This document shows, in pieces, positions 1 to 10,460 of a stretch of 64,000 bases of DNA. Origin of the DNA: Azolla caroliniana. Its lineage: Eukaryota; Plantae; Polypodiophyta. The notes beneath the pieces are model-generated. The model had not been told where the DNA came from. It saw only the letters and a list, made by a program, of their open reading frames with translations, and did not search any database. The stretch is from positions 2,790,001 through 2,854,000 of the forward strand of contig JBHGNT010000006.1 in assembly GCA_043228905.1 (NCBI GenBank), given 5' to 3'. Made by a program: the position numbers and the translations under genes. Position 1 is the first letter of the stretch. The number at the start of each line of letters is the position of its first letter.

Positions 1-289
1 GTTCCCCTATGGAGTTCAATAGAATATGTATGACACATACATGATGGATAATAGGCTAGCATGCAATGATGACTACTACATCTTAATCCATATTTTTCTT
101 AGCTCCTAGTTTTTTCTCTTATAAAACATTAAACTCTTCGGGGTCCAAAAAAGATATTGGAATTTGTGATGTCGTACAAAAAAAACACTTTGTTGCAATT
201 ATTGATATGTCATTATTTGAATCATTACATATATTTGTGAGACCCTTGAACAAACGACATTACATTGCAACATTTGAAGTGTTTTATAT

Positions 290-961
290 CTCTTGCTTCC
301 CCTCCATGTATGCAAGTGTTAGTCGTCTAGTCTCCGTAATCCTTTTATACGTTTAGACATACTCTCATGCTAATCAGTAATTACTTGTAAATATTGTTGA
401 ATGGACATTCTTGAAGTGTGTTCTAATGCTATTGAATGATGAGCTTGCCCTTTAAAACACCTAAAGTTGAGTTCAATTGCAAAGTTAAGGTAATGAATGG
501 ATGTCATAATGTAAAATTCATTAATATCTTTTGTGAAGACATGCTAACCATGGCGATAGAAATGAAGGTTTGTGGAGAGAGACCATATATGGTGAGTGAA
601 AAACCTTGAAGGTTATGAAATCTTTTGAACCCTACATTTACCTCGACCCCAAATCAGAGATGGAGATCGTTTTTCTATTTTTGCGATATTGGGGATTGCG
701 TTATAATTGGGATATGCATAATGCTTTTATATTTGATGGTAGGCATGGAGTCGAAGAAAATCTACGAAAGTTGAAGGGAGTAATAATGTGACAATTCTCT
801 TTATTGGAGGAAGTAGAAAATCTTCCTTGGTGGAGTGTTCGTCTTGCCTATTGGCAATTCAACACATTCCACTACCATTGTACTAGTGACCATAGTCCAT
901 TGCAGTGTTTTTCACACACATTTATTAATATATTGTGTTTTCACAAAGAGAGAGAGAGAGG
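290..961 (+). mobile_element. Degenerate 3' fragment of an L1-type LINE ending at a short (GA)n tract
   Basis: ORF 606-791 (LRYWGLRYNWDMHNAFIFDGRHGVEENLRKLKG) aligns by eye with ORF 51250-51714 (LRYCGMWFNWTMRNGFLFDGLHGVTQQHRRMKG); GA tract at ~947-961. Left boundary approximate. Confidence 0.6.
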
Positions 962-1626
962 GATGTGCAATGAAGAACCTGAGTTGAGTTCAACGTTAAG
1001 ATAACTTGAATGTAAAACAAACTAAAAAAGATAAGAACATAATTGTTTCAAAGCCTAAAAAGGTGCCAATTCAATTAGTGGAATGCTTTCAAAATCAATT
1101 TACTTGAATGGGACCAAGGGAAGTAAAATTTCATGTGTAGGGATTAAATCTACAGATATACAAAGTGATTAGAAAAGCTAGCAAATGACTTGCTCGTAAC
1201 ATAGAGAACACATTTATGCATCATCCAATTCACCTCCCTTGTCAAGAATGAAGATTGCAATAAGAATTTGGTACCCCAACCAATTAAAACGAGAGTGATA
1301 TTTTTTTAAAATATATTGTGAACGCACATACATATAGTGATAATGAAGCATGCGACATTGATGGATGGCATATTTGCTATAAAGAGCAACCAACTAGTTG
1401 GTAATTTAACATTGTATAATGTGGTTTAATATTGTCATCATTTCCCGTCTCCTTTTTCGTTTTCACTTTTTTTATTGTTTCATTTTTTTACTTTATGCTT
1501 CTCATAATGGTTACATGGTTAGGCACATAACAAGAACCTACCAAAATACGCCTATGTGGAACCAATTAATGTCAACTTTTATAAAATCACTAACATTATG
1601 TATATGTGCTTCAATGAGCACATACA

Positions 1627-1922
1627 CTATGTCCAAGATGCAGACCTTGGCATGGATGCAGACTTTGTCTTTTTATCATCCTCTAGAGCTATCATACCTA
1701 GGTGTGAAGGGTCCTCCAACATCATCTTCGCCACAAGATAGCCAGCTATGGACCATGTTTGAAACTTGCGAGCTTGCTTCCCGATGTACCGACCAAGCTT
1801 CGAGTCATAGTACTCAGGCCAATGATCCTTGGAGAGCCTACTTTCCAAAAGCTCAATAGCTCGTCTAGCAATGTGAGGCCGTCCCGTCTTGATGCATGCG
1901 GCAGTGAGTAGCCAAATCAAGA
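1627..1922 (-). CDS. CINV: Cytosolic alkaline/neutral invertase (GH100), exon 4 (last)
   Basis: AG acceptor at 1924-1923; phase-1 join G+TC gives Val; encodes [15 protein letters not shown]...WPEYYD...[28 protein letters not shown]...PRSASWT; stop TAG at 1629-1627. Confidence 0.96.
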
Positions 1923-1982
1923 CTGTAATCAAGAACGACTCAACATGTTAAATAAATATCAATAAAAAAGGAAGGTTGGAGC

Positions 1983-2344
1983 TAGGACTCGGCACCGGTA
2001 TAGTTTTGACTTAACTGATTTGGCCTTGTCAAAATCAAACTAGTTAAGCCTTAACTAGTTTGAGAGTTTTCAAACTTAAACCGAACCGGTTCTCAAACCG
2101 ATTAACGCTAAATAGGTTTAGCAACCGGTTTGACAAACCATTTAAGCCTTAACTAGTTTAGGAACAAATTTGGCCCTAAACGGTTCGGTTTGGCTTGAGC
2201 ATTGCCAAACCGAGCTCAACCTAGTTAAGGAGGCGCAAACCTAACCGAGCCTAGCCGAATCATACTATTAAACCACCAAAACAAACAATTTAAAACGGTT
2301 TAATAGCTCGGTTAAGGCTTGAGCCGAGCCATTGTCGACTCCTA
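1983..2344. mobile_element. hAT-like MITE in invertase intron 3
   Basis: Imperfect TIRs TAGGACTCGGCA / TGTCGACTCCTA; 8-bp TSD-like flanks GTTGGAGC (1975-1982) and GTTGGATA (2345-2352); many AACCG/CGGTT subterminal motifs; the same right end recurs at ~37025-37053. Confidence 0.75.
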
Positions 2345-2456
2345 GTTGGATACACACACGACTCAACATGTTAAATAAATACTGATAAAATAGGAGGGTT
2401 GGAGCTACATTGCTAGAAGTATTACTAGGGAAGGCCAACGAAGGTTATGTCTTTAC

Positions 2457-3015
2457 CTGGCCAAGAGCCCCCATTGTGGTAGCTCCATCTTGTGTTCTTG
2501 GGATCACATCCCGTTACAATTGTCCACTCATGTCCTTCTAAGGCCGGGTATGCAATCTTAAGAGGCATCTCTCCGATGAGATCTTGCCACCTCTCCTCCA
2601 GGAGGTCCATAATACCTTCCTCTTGTTCTGGTGTCGCCAATGATGACAAAATGGCCACACAATTTCCTAGGCAAAACCATCTAAAATCCATCCTTGCAGG
2701 GCTCACATTACCAATGAAATAGCCACCCTTACAAGGCATGAAATCGAACACCCATTCTGGGATCGAATCCGGAATAACATTGAACTTATTGACCGCTGTG
2801 TGTGAGTATTCCTCAGTCTTGTATCGATACACGTCATTAAGTTGTTGGAAATCGAGCCAAAAGTACGACCTAATGTGGAAACTCAAAGCGTGCAAGCGTT
2901 TGTCAACACGTTCGAGGAGCTCCTTGCCCTCACCGTCGGGTTTAAGCATGATCTTGGCACATCGGAGGGCCATGTAGAAGAGGGCTTGGATTTCAATGGG
3001 GTAACCATAGATACC
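2457..3015 (-). CDS. CINV: Cytosolic alkaline/neutral invertase, exon 3
   Basis: AG at 3017-3016, GT at 2456-2455; encodes [13 protein letters not shown]...[15 protein letters not shown]...[18 protein letters not shown]. Confidence 0.97.
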
Positions 3016-3136
3016 CTGCAAATGTGTGTATAGGACTCTTAATGTTGATTACCCTTAGATGCACAATTGCAGAAGCATCTAGGATATATAGAAGATGATG
3101 GTATACATACATACATACATTAGGAAGCATACATAC

Positions 3137-3571
3137 CATGCGACGATCGATCATGCAACAACCATCCGCACAAAGCAATGTAGGGAATGTGTCAAATCCT
3201 TCCGAGAGGCACAAGTTGAGTACAAGACGAATGCCACGCTGGCAATCCGGCATGTCAGCAAGGGTGTGGTCAGCCGTCGATTTAGTATAGGCCCTAAGAA
3301 GGATGATCCACCAGAAACCCGAATCTACGGGTGCAACTCGTCCAATGGCACTCTCACCAAAGTCGGCCATTAGCCGCTCTTGCTTTCGCACTGTATCGTG
3401 GAGAACCTTGAAGCTCGCGGGCATTGCCCCTTTCCCAAGCGTGAAATTGTCGATCCTCTTCTCGGAGTTAGACTGGAGACGCACGGCTTTTAGCAAGAAG
3501 TTCTTCACAATCCCTGCCTCGTTGTTCATGAGAAATGCAAGAGCGCTTGGTACAAAGTCACGCACAAACAC
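3137..3571 (-). CDS. CINV: Cytosolic alkaline/neutral invertase, exon 2
   Basis: AG at 3573-3572, GT at 3136-3135; encodes [14 protein letters not shown]...[20 protein letters not shown]...[20 protein letters not shown]. Confidence 0.97.
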
Positions 3572-5355
3572 CTGCTTATTAGTAGCTCACAAGGTTTTAT
3601 GTCCGGAAAAAATATCGAATTTGCGAACATGAAGGTATAGTGGTATGGTAAAAGCTTATGCTTAGCAATCTTCAAGGGTGTTGGCTAGGCAATTGGTTAG
3701 CTTCGTGTGTTCATTATAAAATTCTTCATAATTTCAATATCACATAATGCATGTGAACAACTTGCTCTTAACAACTAGCCTTATAACATAGACATTAACA
3801 AAATTTTGGCCTCAGACAAGGAGTGACCACCGATAACTATGTGAGAAGGCAATGTTAATGTGCGGAAAACTACACAATGGACAAGGTTTACATTTAATAC
3901 AATGTTATTATTTGGTGTACATATATAAACAAAGTCTAGTCATGTTTCTAGATATAAGAGAAGTATGATTGATCTCTCTCTCACTCTATTTACGTATGGT
4001 AGGGTCAAAAAGTGATACACAACTCTAATGGGAAACAAGATTTGATTGTCTTGTTTCTTCTCTCTCCAAGAAAGGTCTCTTTCTTCTCTCTTCAAGGAGG
4101 AAAAAACCATTAAAATCTCTTGACTAGGGATTTTCCACCGTTCTTAAAGGGGGCATCTTTTTTATTATGAAATACAATGCATTTGACACAAAACTATACA
4201 TATGAACATATAGTCAAATCACAAACATCAACATATCACTTCACACTTTTTTGTAGGTGTGTATCTCTGTGCACATGCTAGATTATCTAGGTAAGCCATC
4301 TTCTTCCCGACACTTTTCCTCGGAATTTCAAATGATTCATTTTCAATGCATAGGAACTAGGGACAACCTGCCCCAGGCCCTATGAATAGTCAAGAGGCAT
4401 AAAACATGCATAAAGCATATACTTCCATCGATGCCAAACAAAAAGTTAAAAACTAATATCTCGTCATTCGTGTGGGAAGCCTACTAGTTTCTTTTTCTTT
4501 TTTATCGTTAAGGTAATTCATTGTTTTACCATGATCACACATGAGGTTATTATGGTGTACTAATTAATGCTTCCTCTTTACATCCCTCATGATGATTCTT
4601 ACACTTTCATACTTGCACAACCCAAATTATTTACTTGGCATTCACATTTAAACATCATGAGGTTGAAGAGAAACATCAACCGCAAGGGAATTGCAGAATA
4701 AATAGATAAAAATACAACCTCATATAAAGCATTGCAAATATCACCACTCATGATTCCTTTGCAATAGTAAGCGTCTATTGTTGATGGAACAGAGAATGTA
4801 TGAATGGAGAGAGTCGTGAATGGACATGACTCACGCAAATTCATAAAATTGAACATCTTATAAATAGAACATGCACACAAACAAACACATGTGAAAGTAT
4901 ATTTGTTAAATTCAACCCATGTCATCATATCCATTGGTAGGTGAAAAAGTAAGTTTCAATCTAAAGCTTCTCAGATATGACATTGTAACCAACCTGATAA
5001 ACTTCTAAGGGTGCTTTCATCGAAATGACGGAAAGGAATGATCTAAATTATATTTAACGATAGGATAAGTTTGGGACGTTTGTTTTTATGATAACCGAGG
5101 AAAGGTTGAACACAATACATTATAATATACATCATTACTTTTATATCATGCTTCTCTTGTGTCTTTTCAGGGCCATTTATGGCTATGGAGTGGTTAAAAA
5201 AATCCATCAAACTTTATGGGGATAAAATATAGAATTGATAAATGAATGGTTTGTTGATAATTCCAAACAAAACAAAAAAACATACAATATCAACGAAATT
5301 CAAGCTTGTGAGGCAGTGTATAAATCAGCTCACCAATGTATGTATGTGCATTAGG

Positions 5356-5846
5356 ACGTGGTGTCTTTACAATTGGACCGACAAAGATGGTCGATAGAGT
5401 GTCCAACGTGTAAAAAGTTGTAAGGTTTCATGGGCTATAGAGTGTCTAACGTGTATAAAAAGATGTAACGACGTGTGAAACAACTTCAAAGGCGGAGAAG
5501 AACAGAATTGGCCCTGGGGGGGGGGGGGTATGGAGCTTTAGGACATAAAGAAAGATTTGAACCCTCAGCTAGTGTGATCCAAGCCTTTTAGTTCATAAAA
5601 TTGATAATCTCGTTAAGAACGAACTGGATTCGTCTCATTGTTAATAATAGAATGCGAAATTAAGGTTAACCGGGAAGAAGCTTTAGGAACGAGGGCCACG
5701 TGGCAAGGATATAAGATGGACGCGACGTGGACAGGCGAAGCTGACGTGGAGAAGGCGGCTGCCAGATCATGGAGATATGTATATATGAGAAGTGGAAGAA
5801 GTTCGGAGGGTGGGAAAGAAAAGTACTGAGGAGAGGGCGTGACGTG
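5356..5846. promoter_or_regulatory. Cluster of ACGTG (G-box/ABRE-like) motifs in invertase intron 1
   Basis: ACGTG at 5356, 5406, 5449, 5471, 5698, 5725, 5744 and 5842, including the palindrome GCCACGTGGC (5695-5704). Confidence 0.4.
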
Positions 5847-5971
5847 GAGGTCTGTGAACAGAGATCGCAGATCACAGAGAACAGAAGCAGGGAGAACGGA
5901 GAAACAGAAGCACAGAGAAGAAAGGAAAATTAGAGAAAAAAAAATAGAGAGTGAAGAGGCAGAGAGAGGAC

Positions 5972-6511
5972 CTGGTCGTAGTTCAGAGCTTCCTCGGTAT
6001 GGTCATTCGCGGCTATGGTACCGACTGGCTCGCCTTTGAACAGGACGATGGATCTCTGCAGGAGCTCCCATGCCTCGTGGAAGATGGGGTTGGGATCGCA
6101 CAAATGGGAGGCCTCGGATCGGGGGGTGTCGGCACCAGAAGATCTGAAACTGGCGGAGGAAGAGAAGACCATGCCGTCCAGCCTCTCGGAGCTCCTGACA
6201 GGGACGAGCCTCGGAGACGAAGACCGCTGATCATTACTATTATTGGTAGTGCTGTTGCTACTGTAATTGTGATGATGGCCGTGATGGTTAATGTCCGAGG
6301 AGGGCAACGAAGAATTACTGTTAATGTTATGATTATCGGCCATTGGACGTGGTGCCCGTGGCCATAGAGTAGCGCCACCACTCCCGGCACTGGTCTGGTC
6401 TCCGTCATTGTCAGCGGCAGACGGGAAACGAGCAGCAGGTGGGGAAGGATACTCGGAATGCAGATCTACGGCAAGCGGGCCGAGATTGAAGGTCTTGGAA
6501 GCAGCAGGCAT
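5972..6511 (-). CDS. CINV: Cytosolic alkaline/neutral invertase, exon 1
   Basis: ATG at 6511; ends EAWELLQRSIVLFKGEPVGTIAANDHTEEALNYDQ before GT at 5971-5970. The four exons (540+435+559+296 = 1830 nt) give 609 aa plus stop in frame. The start codon is the first in-frame ATG and is not proven. Confidence 0.92.
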
Positions 6512-6877
6512 GTTTTGTGAAATATATATATATATATATATATAAGTGAGATGGATTTAAAGGTAACTTAATTATATATAGGATGCGAAGGATAATTATT
6601 AATTCGCTCGCAATGAGTTTAGTGAGTGCTTCGAGGGTTAAGAACTTAGAATTGTGGGAATGGTTTAGATGAAGAATTATGGGGGGAATTAAGGTTTGGA
6701 GATTTACAAAAAGAAAAAGGGATAGGGAAGAGATAAGAATCAAATTAAGATGAAAGGCGGCTGCTGCATAAGAATAGAAGAAGGAGGAGAAAGAAGAAGA
6801 AGAAGAAGAGAGTAGGCTGCTTGCTGAGTAGAGAGTGACGGAGACAAAAGAAGAGATTATCCAGAATTGCGAGTGGC

Positions 6878-6887
6878 TATTTTATAG
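6878..6887 (-). promoter_or_regulatory. Probable TATA box of the invertase gene
   Basis: CTATAAAATA on the minus strand, followed by a CT-rich 5'UTR-like tract (6850-6775), ~370 bp upstream of the ATG. Confidence 0.6.
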
Positions 6888-6933
6888 GGAAAAAAATGCC
6901 ACATTTTCCCCGGGCTCAAATTCTTATAAATTA

Positions 6934-7037
6934 ACCTTATAATAAATAATGAATGCAAACGTATGGTATTTAGTATTTACCATACTCGAATGATTTAAAC
7001 ATACGCGAATGCGTATGTAAGTATAGTTCATACTATG
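6934..7037. repeat. Dispersed ~105-bp repeat, second copy at ~23500-23625
   Basis: ACCTTATAATAAATAATG...GTATGGTATT...TTTACCATACTC.AATGATT.AAACAT...GTTCATACTATG is present at both sites. Confidence 0.7.
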
Positions 7038-7227
7038 CTCCCCCCGGACGCCCATCGCAAAGAATTTTTTTAAAAAAAAACTCATTATAAAAAGAACATA
7101 TCATCCATTATGTATTGATAATAAATAAATAACAAAAAAAATAAAAAAGTGATAATAATCCTCTTTTTCCTTTTTCTTTTCTCCCGAGAGGAAAATTTAA
7201 CGCTCCCCACTTTTCTTCTCCTTTCTC

Positions 7228-7505
7228 TCTTCTTCTTCTTCTTCTTCTTCTTCTTCTTCTTCTTCTGTTTGCGTTTCAAGAAAATAAACAAAATAATAAC
7301 AAAGTAAAGAATAGAAAAATAATTACAAGCTACGTCAGCACCTAATGTTTCTTTAACCTCACGGTTTGTATCCATGCCTGTGCACCAATGTATGTATGTA
7401 CGTTTGGCTGCATGTATGTACATATGTATGTAAGTCTGCCTGCCTCCATGTACATTGTATGTATGTATGTATGTATGTGTGTGTGTGTGCGTGCGTACGT
7501 GTATC

Positions 7506-7539
<34 letters not shown>

Positions 7540-7540
7540 T
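7228..7540. repeat. Microsatellite cluster: (TTC)n, (TATG)n, (TG)n, (TA)n
   Basis: Directly visible. Confidence 0.9.
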
Positions 7541-9144
7541 TATGTAGATTTAATGAATAAAATCACACATTGAATCGTGAGTGTCAGTTATCCTTGGACA
7601 AGCTAACAAGCTATAAAACGTGCTTTGTTTTTGTCTTGATCTTTGTCTCAATGACCTAAATAGGCCTCATTGGTGGCTCTTAATAAACTCCTCATCTTTG
7701 TCGTTGAGGACCTCGACTTGAGGTTGTCCACCCTCTTACGTGTGTGCATGCATATGTGCGTGTGTTTAATTTAGTACCTATTTACAATAAAGATGATTTA
7801 GAAAGCAACATTTTGTATTTAGAGCATAACAATACTAGATAGACGAGAAGTCTTTCAGAATGCCATGAATCTTGGGATTATAGAAAGTTGAGGTTAATCA
7901 CACCTACCTCTTGAGCGTATCAAAAGACTTAAGGTATTGTTTTTTTGGGAATCCATAGAATTCACTAAGTCTAATTTCTTTGCTTCCTTGTTATTGAGGT
8001 TTCTTCGGTTTCTTCGAATCATTCCATATTCACCTTGAAATCAACGCTCACGAATTATAACGTGTGTTTATTTAAGGAGTGTGTGCAGGTTTATTGATTT
8101 ATAATGTTAAAGATATTGAAAGCAAATGTAAAACAATGTCGTTTAAATCACGAATCTCAACTTTGTCAAAGCTTGGGTTGATTACACATACCCCTTGAAC
8201 CTATCATAAGACTTAAGGTACTATTTAGCATCTACAATTAATGAAATTAAATTTCTTCATGACATTGTTATTTCGTATGCACTTTGGAATCAAAGCTTAA
8301 CGAAATAGATTTTGACGTTGTTTATCAAATTGCTTGTATGAAGTAGAAAGAAAGAAATTGATGTTCATCCATTTGTCGATTGGAGTTATGCTAGTATCAT
8401 ATGAGAAATGGCTTGGTATCATGGGTAATGAGTATCAACGAATACATGAATAAAAATAAATCCTAATCGCAAAGTTATAGTTAAACATTTTTCACTTTCT
8501 TTCTTACATATTCAAGGTGAATGTTGTTACATGAATAAGCAAGGTGGTGCATGATGTTCGTGAACAAATAACCTCCAATAGAAATTCAAGAATATTAAAT
8601 TAATGAGAATAGTGTGTTTGATGAAAGGATGAGGACAAGATCTTGATTTCAAAGGGTTGAAAACTTAAGGCAATACTCAATGAAAAGATCAGAGCTAAAG
8701 CTAAAGCTATAGAAAGCTTATGTCACAAGGGTCTAACTAGCAAGGGGTTTGCTCCCATGGACTCCCTTAACTCATAATAACAATACAATATTTTGGATAA
8801 TTTTCTGTTCTTCCAACATGGGAGATGTGGCCTACAAAATGGCATTACCTCCTAAGTATAATCCAAACTTCAATAGGATCAAGGAAGGTTAGTTGAGGGG
8901 TTTCAATATGATGTGAGGTTAGACTTGCTTGGGGGTAAATTGGATAATGGGTCAGCTGCATCTATAAGAACTTGAGCTCAATTTCAACAAATGCCACAAG
9001 CAGATCGTCTTGCACAAAGATAATGACAGTTGACATTTTAGTGGCATATTCTTCGTTTTTTATAACCTTCCGACCAAAGTAGTTAAAAAATGCGTTGTTG
9101 TGCCTTTCGGCGCCGGTAGTGTACAAATCACACTACAACAGTGT

Positions 9145-9510
9145 ATTCTACATTTAGAATACATTTTAGAATACTCTAAAGTATTCTACACGTATTCTAC
9201 GTTCTAGAACTACCGTTTTTCAGCTTTTCACATATTCTACGTACTTAACAAGTATTTAACATTTCAAAAAGTTTTTTTTAAAAAATTTAAAAATTTAAAA
9301 CGATTTTCTTTGGAAAAAAACTTTAAAAATTAAGAAATATTTAAAGTTTTGCACATATTCTACCAATTTTTAGTATTCTACACGTATTCTAAGTATTTAC
9401 CACATTTTATCTATAAATATACGTATTCTAAATATTTTTAAAAAAAGGTTAGAATACTTACTTAGCATATGTATTCTACATGTATTGTATGCTAAGTATT
9501 CTACAACAAT
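9145..9510. repeat. AT-rich repeat with many TATTCTA/TAGAATA motifs, possible MITE remnant
   Basis: About a dozen GTATTCTA/TAGAATAC-type motifs in ~370 bp; no convincing TIR or TSD found. Confidence 0.45.
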
Positions 9511-9779
9511 ACTTCCAACCCATGTAGGAACATCTTTGGTTTGGATGTTTCATCGTTGGTTGCGAAAACTGGAAAGAAATGGCTACTTGATCCTTATCCT
9601 TCCATCGTTCACATGTGATATGTTGTGGTTGTATGCAAACGAACTTGTAGCAACATTAATACAGGATCCCGGGGGTTGGTTCTAGTCACTCCTTGGGGGG
9701 AATAAACGATAAAGATTCCCTTCTTTTAGTATGCAATGAAACTTGGAATGTCATTACTGATGTCTCGGAATGTAACGAT

Positions 9780-10460
9780 ACCAACAACTTAGAAAAATTG
9801 GACTAACTGAGGTGTCTCAACTTTGCATTTGAAAACCTATCGGAGATGGATCTAGTAATTCAAGGGACCAACTAAATTTATTCTCTTCAGATGGCTATTA
9901 CTGCATGTGACATTACCAATTGGTCATTTATTGAAAGGGAATGTAGCACCCAATCTCAGACAATGTGGCTTTTGCTATGCATCTCAAGAGACTACCAAGC
10001 ATGTCCTCTGGTCTTTTCCTTTGGCTCGGCAAGTATGGAATAATGTTCTTTCTTTATTCCTAATGATCAATGTTGGTTGTTTGTTTTCATGGGGATCGAC
10101 AATGTGGGGAGTTTTACATTCCAGCTTGATGGTGTATGAGCTAGAAGATGTTCAAGAGGCCATGCTAGTACGTAATGAAAGATTGATATAAGTTAGTACC
10201 TTTCACCAACCTCGAAAGCAGGGGCAATCTGTCCATGTCTAGAAAACAATGACTACGACAACGTTATGGGCATTATGGAAATGCAGATGTAACCAACTTT
10301 ATAATGCAACAAATCTTGGCCTCTCAAATGTACTACTCGAGGTATGGGAGAATTTGTTGGTAGTAGTCCTTGGTCAATATGACAAATAATATGCATGGTT
10401 CTCCAAAGAATGTTAATAAGAGAAGAAAGAAGCTTCTTCACTTATAGAGAAAGTTGCCCC
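9780..10460 (+). mobile_element. Degenerate L1 ORF2 3' fragment (zf-RVT region)
   Basis: TLPIG...CGFCYASQETTKHVLWS.PLARQVW is a CCHC zf-RVT-like motif; stops and frameshifts present. Confidence 0.7.

Noticed and set aside
1419-3632. Plus-strand ORFs overlapping the invertase exons
   Set aside because: Antisense shadows of the real CDS with no recognisable domains.
5515-5528. G14 run (and the C-run at ~17636-17653) as G-quadruplex elements
   Set aside because: Simple homopolymers with no supporting context.
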